From Eledone cirrhosa (Eukaryota), in assembly GCA_964016885.1 (NCBI GenBank), contig OZ024744.1, positions 7,998,001 to 8,062,000 of the forward strand: a stretch of DNA of 64,000 bases, in the 5' to 3' direction. This document shows, piece by piece, positions 25,201 to 38,559 of the stretch. A program made the position numbers and the translations under genes. The notes below the pieces were generated by a model, which saw only the letters and a program-made list of their open reading frames with translations, was not told the DNA's origin and did not search any database. Position 1 is the first letter of the stretch, and each line of letters starts with the position of its first letter.

Positions 25201-28200
25201 TAGTATAGGTAGAGGGTGTGACATCATACTAGGGTGGTGGATTGTTAGTATAGGTAGAGGGTCTGACACCATGTTAGGGTGGTGGATTGGTAGTATTGGT
25301 AGAGGGTCTGAAACCATACTAGGGTGTTGGATTGACAGCATATGTAGAGGGTGTGACACCATGCTAGGGTGGTAGATTGGTAGTATAGGTAGAGGGTGTG
25401 AAACCTTGTTAGGGTGGTGGATTGGCACTATTGGTAGAGGGTGTGTCACCATACTCGGGTGGTGGATCGGTAGTATAGGTAGAAGGTGTGACACCATACT
25501 GGGGTGGTAGATTGGTAGTATTGGTAGAGGGTGTGACACCATACTAGGGTGGTGGAGTGACAGTATAAGTAGTGGGTGTGACACCATACAAGGGTGGTAG
25601 ATTGGTAGTATAGGTAAAGGGTGTGACACCATACTCGGGTGGTGGATTGGTAGTATAGGTAGAGGGTGTGACACCATACTAGGGTGGTAGATTGGTAGTA
25701 TAGTTAGAGGGTGTGACACCATACTAGGGTGCTGGATTGGTAGCATTGGTAGAGGGTGTGACACCATGTTAGGGTGGTGGATTGGTAGTATTGGTAGAGG
25801 GGGTGACACCATACTAGGGTGGTGGATTGGTAGTATAGGTAGAGGGTGTGACACCATACTAGGGTGGTAGATTGGTAGTATTGGTATAGGGTGTGACACC
25901 ATACTAGGGTGGTGGATTGGCAGTATAGGTAGAGGATGTGACATCATACTAGGGTGGTGGATTGGTAGTATAGGTAGAGGGTGTGACACCATGTGAGGGT
26001 GGTAGATTAGTAGTATAGGTAGAGGGTATGACACCATACTAGGGTGGTGGATTGGTAGTATTGGTAGAGGGTGTGACACCATATTAGAGTGGTGGATTGG
26101 TAGTATAGGTACAGGGTGTGACACCATACTAGGGTGGTAGATTGGTAGTATAGGTAGAGGGTGTGACACCATACTAGGGTGGTGGATTGGTAGTATTGGT
26201 AGAGGGTGTGACACCATACTAGGCTGGTGTATTTGTAGTATAGGTAGAGGGTGTGACACCATACTAGGGTGGTAGATTGGTAGTATTGGTAGAGGATGTT
26301 ACACCATACTAGGGTGGTGGATTGGCAGTAGAGTAGAGAATGTGACACCATGTTAGGGTGGTAGATTGGTAGTATAGGTAGAGGGTGTGACACCATACTA
26401 GGGTGGTGGATAGGTAGTATGGGTAGAGGGTGTGACACCATGTTAGGGTGGTGGATTGGTAGTATTGGTAGAGGATGTGACACCATGTTAGGGTGGTGGA
26501 TTGGTAGTATTGGTAGAGGGTGTGACACCATTGTAGGGTGGTAGATTGGTAGTATTGGTAGAGGGTGTAACACCATACTAGGGTGGTTGATTGGTAGTAT
26601 AGGTAGAGGGTGTGACACCATACTTGTGTGGTAGATTGGTAGTATTGGTAGAGGATGTGACACCATACTAGGGTGGTGGATTGGCAGTATAGGTAGAGGG
26701 TGTGACACCATGTTAGGGTGGTAGATTGGTAGTATAGGTAGAGGGTGTGACATCATACTAGTGTGGTGGATTGGTAGTATAGGTAGAGGGTCTGACACCA
26801 TGTTAGGGTGGTGGATTGGTAGTATTGGTAGAGGGTCTGAAACCATACTAGGGTCTTGGATTGACAGCATATGTAGAGGGTGTGACACCATGCTAGGTTG
26901 GTAGATTGGTAGTATAGGTAGAGTGTGTGAAACCATGTTAGGGTGGTGGATTGGCAGTATTGGTAGAGGGTGTGACACCATACTCGGGTGGTGGATTGGT
27001 AGTATAGGTAGAGGGTGTGACACCATACTGGGGTGGTAGATTGGTAGTATTGGTAGAGGGTGTGACATCATACTAGGGTGGTGGAGTGACAGTATAAGTA
27101 GTGGGTGTGACACCATACAAGGGTGGTAGATTGGTAGTATAGGTAAAGGGTGTGACACCATACTCGGGTGGTGGATTGGTAGTATAGTTAGAGGGTGTGA
27201 CAGCATACTAGGGTGGTAGATTGGTAGTATAGGTAGAGGGTGTGACACCATACTAGGGTGCTGGATTGGTAGTATTGGTAGAGGGTGTGACACCATGTTA
27301 GGGTGGTGGATTGGTAGTATAGTTAGAGCGTGTGACACCATACTAGCATGGTGGATTGGCAGTATAGGTAGAGGGTGTGACACCATGTTAGGGTGGTAGA
27401 TTGGTAGTACAGGTAGAGGGTGTGACAGCATACTAGGGTGGTAGATTGGTAGTATAGATAGAGGTTCTGACACCCTGTTAGGTTGGTGGAGTGGTAGTAT
27501 TGGTAGAGGGTGTGACACCATGTTAGGGTGGTAGATTGGTTGTATTGGTAGAGGGTGTGACAACATAGTAGGGTGGTAGATTGGTAGTATTGATAGAGGG
27601 CGTGACACCATACTAGGGTGGTGATTGCTAGTATAGGTAGAGGGTGTGACACCATACTAGGGTGGTGGATTGGTAGTATTGGTATAGGGTGAGACACCAT
27701 ACTAGGGTGGTGCATTGGTAGTATAGGTAGAGGGTAGGACACCATACTATGGTGGTGGATTGGTAGTATATGTAGAGGGTGCGACACCATACTAGTATGG
27801 TGGATTGGCAGTATAAGTAGAGGGTGTGACACCATACTAGTATGGTGGATTGGCAGTATAAGTAGAGGGTGTGACACCATACTAGGGTGGTAGATTGGTA
27901 GTATAGGTAAAGGGTGTGACACAATACTAGGGTGGTGGATTGGTAGTATAGGTAGAGGGTGTGACACTATACTAGGGTGGTGGTGAGACAGCATAGGTAG
28001 AGGGTGTGATACAATACTAGGGTGGTGGATTGACAGTATAGTTAGAGGGTGTGACACCATGTTAGGTGGTAGATTGGTAGTATAGGTAGAGGGTGTGATA
28101 CCATACTAGAGGGGTTGATTGACAGTATAGGTAGAGATTGTGACACCATACTAGGGTGGTGGATTGGTAGTATTGGTAGAGGATGTGACATCATACTAGG

Positions 28201-31200
28201 GTCGTGGATTGGTAGTATAGGTAGAGGGTGTGACACCATGTTAGGGTGGTAGATTAGTAGTATAGGTAGAGGGTGTGACAGCATACAAGTGTGGTGGATT
28301 GGTAGTATTGGTAGAGGGTCTGACACCATGTTATGGTGGTGGATTGGTAGTATTGGTACAGAGTATGACACCATACTAGTGTGGTGGATTGGCAGTATAG
28401 GTAGAGGGTGCGACACCATGTTAGGGTGGTAGATTGGTAGTATAGGTAGAGGGTGTGACAGCATACAAGAGTGGTGGATTGGTTGTATTGGTAGAGGGTC
28501 TGACATCATGTTATGGTGGTGGATTGGTAGTATTGGTAGAGGGTGTAACACCATGATAGGGTGGTGGATTGGTAGTATTGGTAGAGGGTGTGACACCATA
28601 CTAGGGTGGTAGATTGGTAGTATTGGTAGAGGGTGTGACACCATACGGGGGTGGTGGATTGGTAGTATATGTAGAGGGTGTGATACCATACTAGGGTGGT
28701 GGATTGGTAGTATAGGTAGAGGGTGTGACAGCATACTAGGGTGGTGGATTGGTAGAATAGGTAGAGGGTCTGACACCATGTTAGGGTGGTGGATTGGTAG
28801 TATTGGCAGAGGGTGTGACACCATGTTAGAGTGGTGGATTGGTAGTATTGGTAGAGGGTGTGACACCATGTTAGGGTGGTGGATTGGTAGTATTGGTAGA
28901 GGGGGTGACACCATACTAGGGTGGTGGATTGGTAGTATAGGTAGAGGGTGTGACACCATGTTAGTGTGGTGGATTGGTAGTATTGGTAGAGGGTGTGACA
29001 GCATACTAGGGTGGTGGATTGGTAGTATAGGTAGAGGGTCTGACACCATGTTAGGGTGGTAGATTGTTAGTATTGGTAGAGGGTGTGACACCATGTTAGG
29101 GTGGTGGATTGGTAGTATTGGTAGAGGGTGTGACACCATTGTAGGGTGGTAGATTGGTAGTATTGGTAGAGGGTGTGACATCATACTAGGGTGGTTGATT
29201 GGTAGTATAGGTAGAGGGTGTGATACCATACTAGGGTGGTTGATTGACAGTATAGGTAGAGGGTGTGACACCATACTAGGGTGGTGGATTGGTAGTATTG
29301 GTAGAGGGTGTGACACCATACTAGGGTGGTGGATGGTAGTATTGGTAGAGGGTGTGACACCATACTAGGGTGGTGGATTGGCAGTATAGGTAGAGGATGT
29401 GACACCATGTTAGGGTGGTAGATTGGTAGTATAGGTAGAAGGTGTGACAGCATACTAGGGTGGTGGATTGGTAGTATAGGTAGAGGGTGTGACACCATGT
29501 TAGGGTGGTAGATTGGTAGTAGAGGTAGAGGGTGTGACATCATACTAGGGTGGTGGATTGGTAGTATAGGTAGAGGGTCTGACACCATGTTAGGGTGGTG
29601 GATTGGTAGTATTGGTAGAGGGTCTGAAACCATACTAGGGTCTTTGATTGACAGCATATGTAGAGGGTGTTACACCATGCTAGGGTGGTAGATTGGTAGT
29701 ATAGGTAGAGGGTGTGAAACCTTGTTAGGGTGGTGGATTGGCAGTATTGGTAGAGGGTGTGACACCATACTCGGGTGGTGGATTGGTAGTATAGGTAGAG
29801 GGTATGACACCATACTGGGGTGGTAGATTGGTAGTATTGGTAGAGGGTGTGACACCATACTAGGGTCGTGGAGTGACAGTATATGCAGTGGGTGTGACAC
29901 CATACAAAGGTGGTAGATTGGTAGTATAGGTAAAGGGTGTGACACCATACTCGGGTGGTGGATTGGTAGTATAGGTAGAGGGTTTGACACCATACTAGGG
30001 TGGTAGATTGGTAGTATAAGTAGAGGGTGTGACACCATACTAGGGTGGTAGATTGGTAGTATAGGTAGAGGGTGTGACACCATACTAGGGTGCTGGATTG
30101 GTAGTATTGGTAGAGGGTGTGACACCATGTTAGGGTGGTGGATTGGTAGTATTGGTAGAGGGGGTGACACCATACTAGGGTGGTGGATTGGTAGTATAGG
30201 TAGAGGGTGTGACACCATGTTAGTGTGGTGGATTGGTAGTATTGGTAGAGGGTGTGACACCATACTAGGGTGGTGGATTGGTAGTATAGGTAGAGGGTGT
30301 GACAGCATACTAGGGTGGTGGATTGGTAGTATAGGTAGAGGGTCTGACACCATGTTAGGGTGGTAGATTGTTAGTATTGGTAGAGGGTGTGACACCATGT
30401 TAGGGTGGTGGATTGGTAGTATTGGTAGAGGGTGTGACACCATTGTAGGGTGGTAGATTGGTAGTATTGGTAGAGCGTGTGACATCATACTAGGGTGGTT
30501 GATTGGTAGTATAGGTAGAGGGTGTGATACCATACTAGGGTGGTTGATTGACAGTATAGGTAGAGGGTGTGACACCATACTAGGGTGGTGGATTGGTAGT
30601 ATTGGTAGAGGGTGTGACACCATACTAGGGTGGTAGATAGGTAGTATTGGTAGAGGGTGTGACACCATACTAGGGTGGTGGATGGTAGTATTGGTAGAGG
30701 GTGTGACACCATGTTAGGGTGGTGGATTGGTAGTATTGGTAGAGGGTGTGACACCATACTAGGGTGGTGTATTTGTAGTATAGCTAGAGGTTGTGACACC
30801 ATACTAGGGTGGTAGATTCGTAGTATTGGTAGAGGATGTGACACCATACTAGGGTGGTGGATTGGCAGTATAGGTAGAGGATGTGACACCATGTTATGGT
30901 GGTAGATTGGTAGTATAGGTAGAGGGTGTGACAGCATACTAGGGTGGTGGATTGGTAGTATTGGTAGAGGGTGTGACACCATGTTAGGGTGGTGGATTGG
31001 TAGTATTGGTAGAGGGTGTGACACCATTTTAGGGTGGTAGATTGGTAGTATTGGTAGAGGGTGTAACACCATACTAGGGTGGTTGATTGGTAGTATGGGT
31101 AGAGGGTGTGACACCATACTAGGATGGTAGATTGGTAGTATTAGTAGAGGATGAGACACCATACTTGGGTGGTAGATTGGTAGTATTGGTAGAGGATGTG

Positions 31201-34200
31201 ACACCATACTAGGGTGGTGGATTGGCAGTATAGATAGAGGGTGTGACACCACGTTAGGGTGGTAGATTGGTAGTATAGGTAGAGGGTGTGACATCATACT
31301 AGGGTGGTGGATTGTTAGTATAGGTAGAGGGTCTGACACCATGTTAGGGTGGTGGATTGGTAGTATTGGTAGAGGGTCTGAAACCATACTAGGGTGTTGG
31401 ATTGACAGCATATGTAGAGGGTGTGACACCATGCTAGGGTGGTAGATTGGTAGTATAGGTAGAGGGTGTGAAACCTTGTTAGGGTGGTGGATTGGCAGTA
31501 TTGGTAGAGGGTGTGTCACCATACTCGGGTGGTGGATCGGTAGTATAGGTAGAGGGTGTGACACCATACTGGGGTGGTAGATTGGTAGTATTGGTAGAGG
31601 GTGTGACACCATACTAGGGTGGTGGAGTGACAGTATAAGTAGTGGGTGTGACACCATACAAGGGTGGTAGATTGGTAGTATAGGTAAAGGGTGTGACACC
31701 ATACTCGGGTGGTGGATTGGTAGTATAGGTAGAGGGAGTGACACCATACTAGGGTGGTAGATTGGTAGTATAAGTAGAGGGTGTGACACCATACTAGGGT
31801 GGTAGATTGGTAGTATAGGTAGAGGGTGTGACACCATACTAGGGTGCTGGATTGGTAGCATTGGTAGAGGGTGTGACACCATGTTAGGGTGGTGGATTGG
31901 TAGTATTGGTAGAGGGGGTGACACCATACTAGGGTGGTGGATTGGTAGTATAGGTAGAGGGTGTGACACCATACTAGGGTGGTAGATTGGTAGTATTGGT
32001 ATAGGGTGTGACACCATACTAGGGTGGTGGATTGGCAGTATAGGTAGAGGATGTGACATCATACTAGGGTGGTGGATTGGTAGTATAGGTAGAGGGTGTG
32101 ACACCATGTGAGGGTGGTAGATTAGTAGTATAGGTAGAGGGTATGACACCATACTAGGGTGGTGGATTGGTAGTATTGGTAGAGGGTGTGACACCATGTT
32201 AGAGTGGTGGATTGGTAGTATAGGTACAGGGTGTGACACCATACTAGGGTGGTAGATTGGTAGTATAGGTAGAGGGTGTGACACCATACTAGGGTGGTGG
32301 ATTGGTAGTATTGGTAGAGGGTGTGACACTATGCTATGGTGGTGGATTGGTAGTATTGGTAGAGAGTGTGACACCATACTAGGGTGGTAGATAGGTAGTA
32401 TTGGTAGAGGGTGTGATACCATAATAGGGTGGTGGATTGGTAGTATTGTTAGAGGGTGTGACACCATACTAGGATGGTAGATAGGTAGTATTGTTAGAGG
32501 GTGTGACACCATACTAGGGTGGTAGATTGGTAGTATAGGTAGAGGGTGTGACACCATACTAGGGTGGTGGATTGGTAGTATAGGTAGAGGGTGTGACACT
32601 ATACTAGGGTGGTGGATTGGTAGTATTGGTAGAGGGTGTGACACCATACTAGGGTGGTAGATAGGTAGTATTGGTAGAGGGTGTGATACCATAATAGGTT
32701 GGTGGATTGGTAGTATTGTTAGAGGGTGTGACACCATACTAGGATGGTAGATAGGTAGTATTGTTAGAGGGTGTGACACCATACTAGGGTGGTAGATTGG
32801 TAGTATAGGTAGAGGGTGTGACACCATACTAGGGTGGTGGATGGTAGTATTGGTAGAGGGTGTGACACCATGTTAGTGTGGTGGTTTGGTAGTATTGGTA
32901 GAGGGTGTGACACCATACTAGGCTGGTGTATTTGTAGTATAGGTAGAGGGTGTGACACCATACTAGGGTGGTAGATTGGTAGTATTGGTAGAGGATGTTA
33001 CACCATACGAGGGTGGTGGATTGGCAGTAGAGTAGAGAATGTGACACCATGTTAGGGTGGTAGATTGGTAGTATAGGTAGAGGGTGTGACAGCATACTAG
33101 GGTGGTGGATAGGTAGTATGGGTAGAGGGTGTGACACCAGGTTAGGGTGGTGGATTGGTAGTATTGGTAGAGGATGTGACACCATGTTAGGGTGGTGGAT
33201 TGGTAGTATTGGTAGAGGGTGTGACACCATTGTAGGGTGGTAGATTGGTAGTATTGGTAGAGGGTGTAACACCATACTAGGGTGGTTGATTGGTAGTATA
33301 GGTAGAGGGTGTGACACCATACTTGTGTGGTAGATTGGTAGTATTGGTAGAGGATGTGACACCATACTAGGGTGGTGGATTGGCAGTATAGGTAGAGGGT
33401 GTGACACCATGTTAGGGTGGTAGATTGGTAGTATAGGTAGAGGGTGTGACATCATACTAGTGTGGTGGATTGGTAGTATAGGTAGAGGGTCTGACACCAT
33501 GTTAGGGTGGTGGATTGGTAGTATTGGTAGAGGGTCTGAAACCATACTAGGGTCTTGGATTGACAGCATATGTAGAGGGTGTGACACCATGCTAGGTTGG
33601 TAGATTGGTAGTATAGGTAGAGGGTGTGAAACCATGTTAGGGTGGTGGATTGGCAGTATTGGTAGAGGGTGTGACACCATACTCGGGTGGTGGATTGGTA
33701 GTATAGGTAGAGGGTGTGACACCATACTGGGGTGGTAGATTGGTAGTATTGGTAGAGGGTGTGACATCATACTAGGGTGGTGGAGTGACAGTATAAGTAG
33801 TGGGTGTGACACCATACAAGGGTGGTAGATTGGTAGTATAGGTAAAGGGTGTGACACCATACTCGGGTGGTGGATTGGTAGTATAGGTAGAGGGTGTGAC
33901 AGCATACTAGGGTGGTAGATTGGTAGTATAGGTAGAGGGTGTGACACCATACTAGGGTGCTGGATTGGTAGTATTGGTAGAGGGTGTAACACCATGTTAG
34001 GGTGGTGGATTGGTAGTATTGGTAGAGGGGGTGACACCATACTAGGGTGGTGGATTGGTAGTATAGGTAGAGGGTGTGACACCATACTAGGGTGGTAGAT
34101 TGGTAGTATTGGTATAGGGTGTGACACCATACTAGGGTGGTGGATTGGCAGTATAGGTAGAGGGTGTGACACCATGTTAAGGTGGTAGATTGGTAGTACA

Positions 34201-35500
34201 GGTAGAGGGTGTGACAGCATACTAGGGTGGTAGATTGGTAGTATAGGTAGAGGTTCTGACACCATGTTAGGTTGGTGGAGTGGTAGTATTGGTAGAGGCT
34301 GTGACACCATGTTAGGGTGGTAGATTGGTTGTATTGGTAGAGGGTGTGACAACATAGTAGGGTGGTAGATTGGTAGTATTGATAGAGGGCGTGACACCAT
34401 ACTAGGGTGGTGATTGCTAGTATAGGTAGAGGGTGTGACACCATACTAGGGTGGTGGATTGGTAGTATTGGTAGAGGGTGAGACACCATACTAGGGTGGT
34501 GCATTGGTAGTATAGGTAGAGGGTAGGACACCATACTATGGTGGTGGATTGGTAGTATATGTAGAGGGTGCGACACCATACTAGTATGGTGGATTGGCAG
34601 TATTAGTAGAGGGTGTGACACCTTACTAGTATGGTGGATTGGCAGTATAAGTAGAGGGTGTGACACCATACTAGGGTGGTAGATTGGTAGTATAGGTAAA
34701 GGGTGTGACACAATACTAGGGTGGTGGATTGGTAGTATAGGTAGAGGGTGTGACACTATACTAGGGTGGTGGTGAGACAGCATAGGTAGAGGGTGTGATA
34801 CAATACTAGGGTGGTGGATTGACAGTATAGTTAGAGGGTGTGACACCATGTTAGGTGGTAGATTGGTAGTATAGGTAGAGGGTGTGATACCATACTAGAG
34901 GGGTTGATTGACAGTATAGGTAGAGATTGTGACACCATACTAGGGTGGTGGATTGGTAGTATTGGTAGAGGATGTGACATCATACTAGGGTCGTGGATTG
35001 GTAGTATAGGTAGAGAGTGTGACACCATGTTAGGGTGGTAGATTAGTAGTATAGGTAGAGGGTGTGACAGCATACAAGTGTGGTGGATTGGTAGTATTGG
35101 TAGAGGGTCTGACACCATGCTATGGTGGTGGATTGGTAGTATTGGTACAGAGTATGACACCATACTAGTGTGGTGGATTGGCAGTATAGGTAGAGGGTGC
35201 GACACCATGTTAGGGTGGTAGATTGGTAGTATAGGTAGAGGGTGTGACAGCATACAAGAGTGGTGGATTGGTTGTATTGGTAGAGGGTCTGACATCATGT
35301 TATGGTGGTGGATTGGTAGTATTGGTAGAGGGTGTAACACCATGATAGGGTGGTGGATTGGTAGTATTGGTAGAGGGTGTGACACCATACTAGGGTGGTA
35401 GATTGGTAGTATTGGTAGAGGGTGTGACACCATACGGGGGTGGTGGATTGGTAGTATAGGTAGAGGGTGTGATACCATACTAGGGTGGTGGATTGGTAGT
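22300..35500. repeat. Tandem duplication of a ~6.1-6.8 kb block (~22300-28730 and ~28730-35500)
   Basis: ATAGCTAGAG 24711/30780, GGTGGATCGG 25461/31531, GAGTAGAGAA deletion 26331/33030, GTGATTGCTA 27621/34410, GTTAGGTGGT 28061/34850, CCATACGGGG 28641/35430. Confidence 0.88.
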
Positions 35501-38500
35501 ATAGGTAGAGGGTGTGACACTATACTAGGGTGGTGGATTGGTAGTATAGGTAGAGGGTGTGACACCATACTAGGGTGGTGGATTGGTAGTATATGTAGAG
35601 CGTGTGACACCATACTAGAAGGGTACATTGGTTGTATTGGTAGAGGGTCTGACACCATACTAGGGTGGTGGATTGGTAGTATTGGTAGAGGATGTGACAT
35701 CATACTAGGGTGGTGGATTGGTAGTATAAGTAGAGGGTGTGACACCATGTTAGGGTGGTAGATTGGTAGTATAGGTAGAGGGTGTGACAGCATACTAGGG
35801 TGGTAGATTGGTAGTATTGGTAGAGGGTCTAACACCATGTTAGGGTGGTGGATTGGTAGTATTGGTAGACGGCGTAACACCATGTTAGGGTGGTGGATTG
35901 GTAGTATTGGTAGAGGGGGTGACACCATACTAGGGTGGTAGATTGGTAGTATTGGTAGAGGGTGCGATACCATACTAGGGTGGTGGATTGGTAGTATAGG
36001 TAGAGGGTGTGACACCATACAGGGTGGTGGATTGGTAGAATTGGTAGAGGGTGTGACACCATACTAGGGTGGTGGATTGTTAGTATTGGTAGAGGGTGTG
36101 ACACCATACTAGGGTGGTGGATTGGTAGTATAGGTAGAGGGTGTGACACCATACTAGGGTGGTGGATTGGCAGTATAGGTAGAGAGTGTGACACCATACT
36201 AGGGTGGTGGATTGGTAGTATAGTTAGAGGGTGTGACACCATACTAGAGGGGTACATAGGTAGTATTGGTAGAGGGTCTGACACCATACTAGTTTGGTGG
36301 ATAGGTAGTATAGGTAGAGCGTGAGACACCATACTAGGGCGGTGGATTGACAGTATAGGTAGAGTGTGTGACACCATACTAGGGCGGTAGATTGGTAGTA
36401 TAGATAGAGGGTGTGAAACCATGTTAGAGTGGTGGATTGGTAAAATAGGTAGAGGGTGTGACACCATACTAGGGTGGTAGATTGGTAGTATTGGTAGAGT
36501 GTGTGACACCATACTAGGGTGGTGGAGTGACAGTATAGGTAGAGGGTGTGACACCATACTAGGGTGGTAGATGGGTAGTATAGGTAAAGGGTGTGACACC
36601 ATACTAGTGTGGTGGATTGGTAGTATAGGTAGAGGGTGTGACACCATACTAGGGTGGTAGATAGGTAGCATAGGTAGAGGGAGTGACACCATGGTAGGGT
36701 GGTAGATTGCTAGTATTAGTAGAGGGCGTGACACCATACTAGGGTGGTGGATTGGTAGTATTGGTAGAGGATGTGACACCATACTCGGGTGGTGGATTGG
36801 TAAAATAGGTAGAGGGTGTGACACAATACTAGGGTGGTAGATTGGTAGTATTGGTAGAGAGTGTGACACCATACTTGGGTGGTGGATTGGCAGTATAGGT
36901 AGAGGGTGTGACACCATACTAGGGTGGTAGATTGGTAGTATAGGTAGAGTGTGTGACACCATACTAGGGTGGTGGATTGGTAGCACTGGTAGAGGGTGTG
37001 ACACCATACTAGGATGGTGTATTGGTAGTATAGGTAGAGCGTGTGACACCATACTAGGGTGGTGAATTGGTAGTATATGTAGAGGGTGTTACAGCCTACT
37101 AGGGTGGTGGATTGGTAGTATAGGTAGAGGGTGTGATACCATACTAGGGTGGTGGATTGGTAGTATTGGTAGAGGGTGTGACACCATGCTAGGGTGGTAG
37201 ATTGGTAGGATAGGTAGAGGGTGTGATACCATAGTAGGGTGGTGGATTGGTAGTATTGGTAGAGGGTGTGACACCATGCTAGGGTGGTAGATTGGTAGTA
37301 TTGGTAGAGGGTATGACAACATACTAGGGTGGTGGATTGGCAGTATAGGTAGTGGGTGTGACACCATACTAGGCTGGCGGATTGCTAGTATAGGTAGAGG
37401 TTGTGACACCATACTAGGGTGGTGGATTGTCAGTATTGGTAGAGGTTGTGACACCTTGTTAGGGTGGTGGATTCGTAGTATTGGTAGAGGGTCTACACCA
37501 TACTACGGGGGTGGATTGGTAGTATTGGTAGATAGTGTGACACCATACTAGGGTGGTAGATTGGTAGTATTGGTAGAGGGTGTGACAGCATACTAGGGTG
37601 GTGGAGTGACAGTATAGGTAGAGGGTGTGACACCATACTAGGGTGGTAGGTTGGTAGTATATGTAAAGGGTGTGACACCATACTAGGGTGGTGGATTGGT
37701 AGTATAGGTAGAGGGTCTGACACCATACTAGGGTGTTATATTAGTAGTATAAATAGAGGGTGTGACACCATGGTAGGATGGTGGATTGGTAGTATTGGGA
37801 GAGGGTGTGACACCATACTAGGGTGGTAGATTGGTAGTATAGGTAGAGTGGTGTGACACCATACTAGGGTGGTGGATTGGTAGTATAGGTAGAGGGTGTG
37901 ACACCATACTAGGGTGGTGGATTGGTAGTATTGGTAGAAGGTGTGACACCATACTAAGGTGGTGGATTTGCAGTATAGGTAGAGGGTGTGACACCATACT
38001 AGGGTGGTAGATTGGTAGTATAGGTAGAGTGGTGTGACACCATACTAGGGTGGTGGATTGGTAGTATAGGTAGAGGGTGTGACACCATACTAGGGTGGTA
38101 GATTGGTAGTATTGGAAGAGGGTGTGACACCATGGTAGGGTTGTAGATTGGTAGTATTACTAGAGGGTGTGACACCATACTAGGGTTGTGGGTTGGTAGT
38201 ATTGGTAGAGGGTGTGACACCATATTGGGTAGTGGATTGACAGTATAGGTAGAGGGTGTGACACCATACTAGAGTGGTAGAGTGACAGTATAGGTAGAGG
38301 GTGTGACACCATACTAGGGTGGAAGATTGGTATTATAGGTAGAGGGTGTGACACCATACTAGGGTGGTCGATTGGTAGTATAGGTAGAGGGTGTGACACC
38401 ATATTAGGGTGGTGGATTGGTATTATTTGTAGAGGGTGTGACACCATACTAGGGTGGTTGATTGGTAATATTCTTAGAGGGTGTGACACCATACTTGGGT

Positions 38501-38559
38501 GGTGGATTGGTAGTATTGGTAGAGGGTGTGACACCATATTGGGTGGTGGATTGACAGTA

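Larger units (their letters stand above)
1..36900. repeat. Left satellite subfamily domain
   Basis: Carries the variants GGTCTTGGATTGACAG (e.g. ~2075, 4460, 7430, 21592, 26852, 33551), CCATTGTAGG, ACTCGGG (last seen ~36783) and frequent CATGTTAGGG. The boundary is approximate. Confidence 0.7.
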
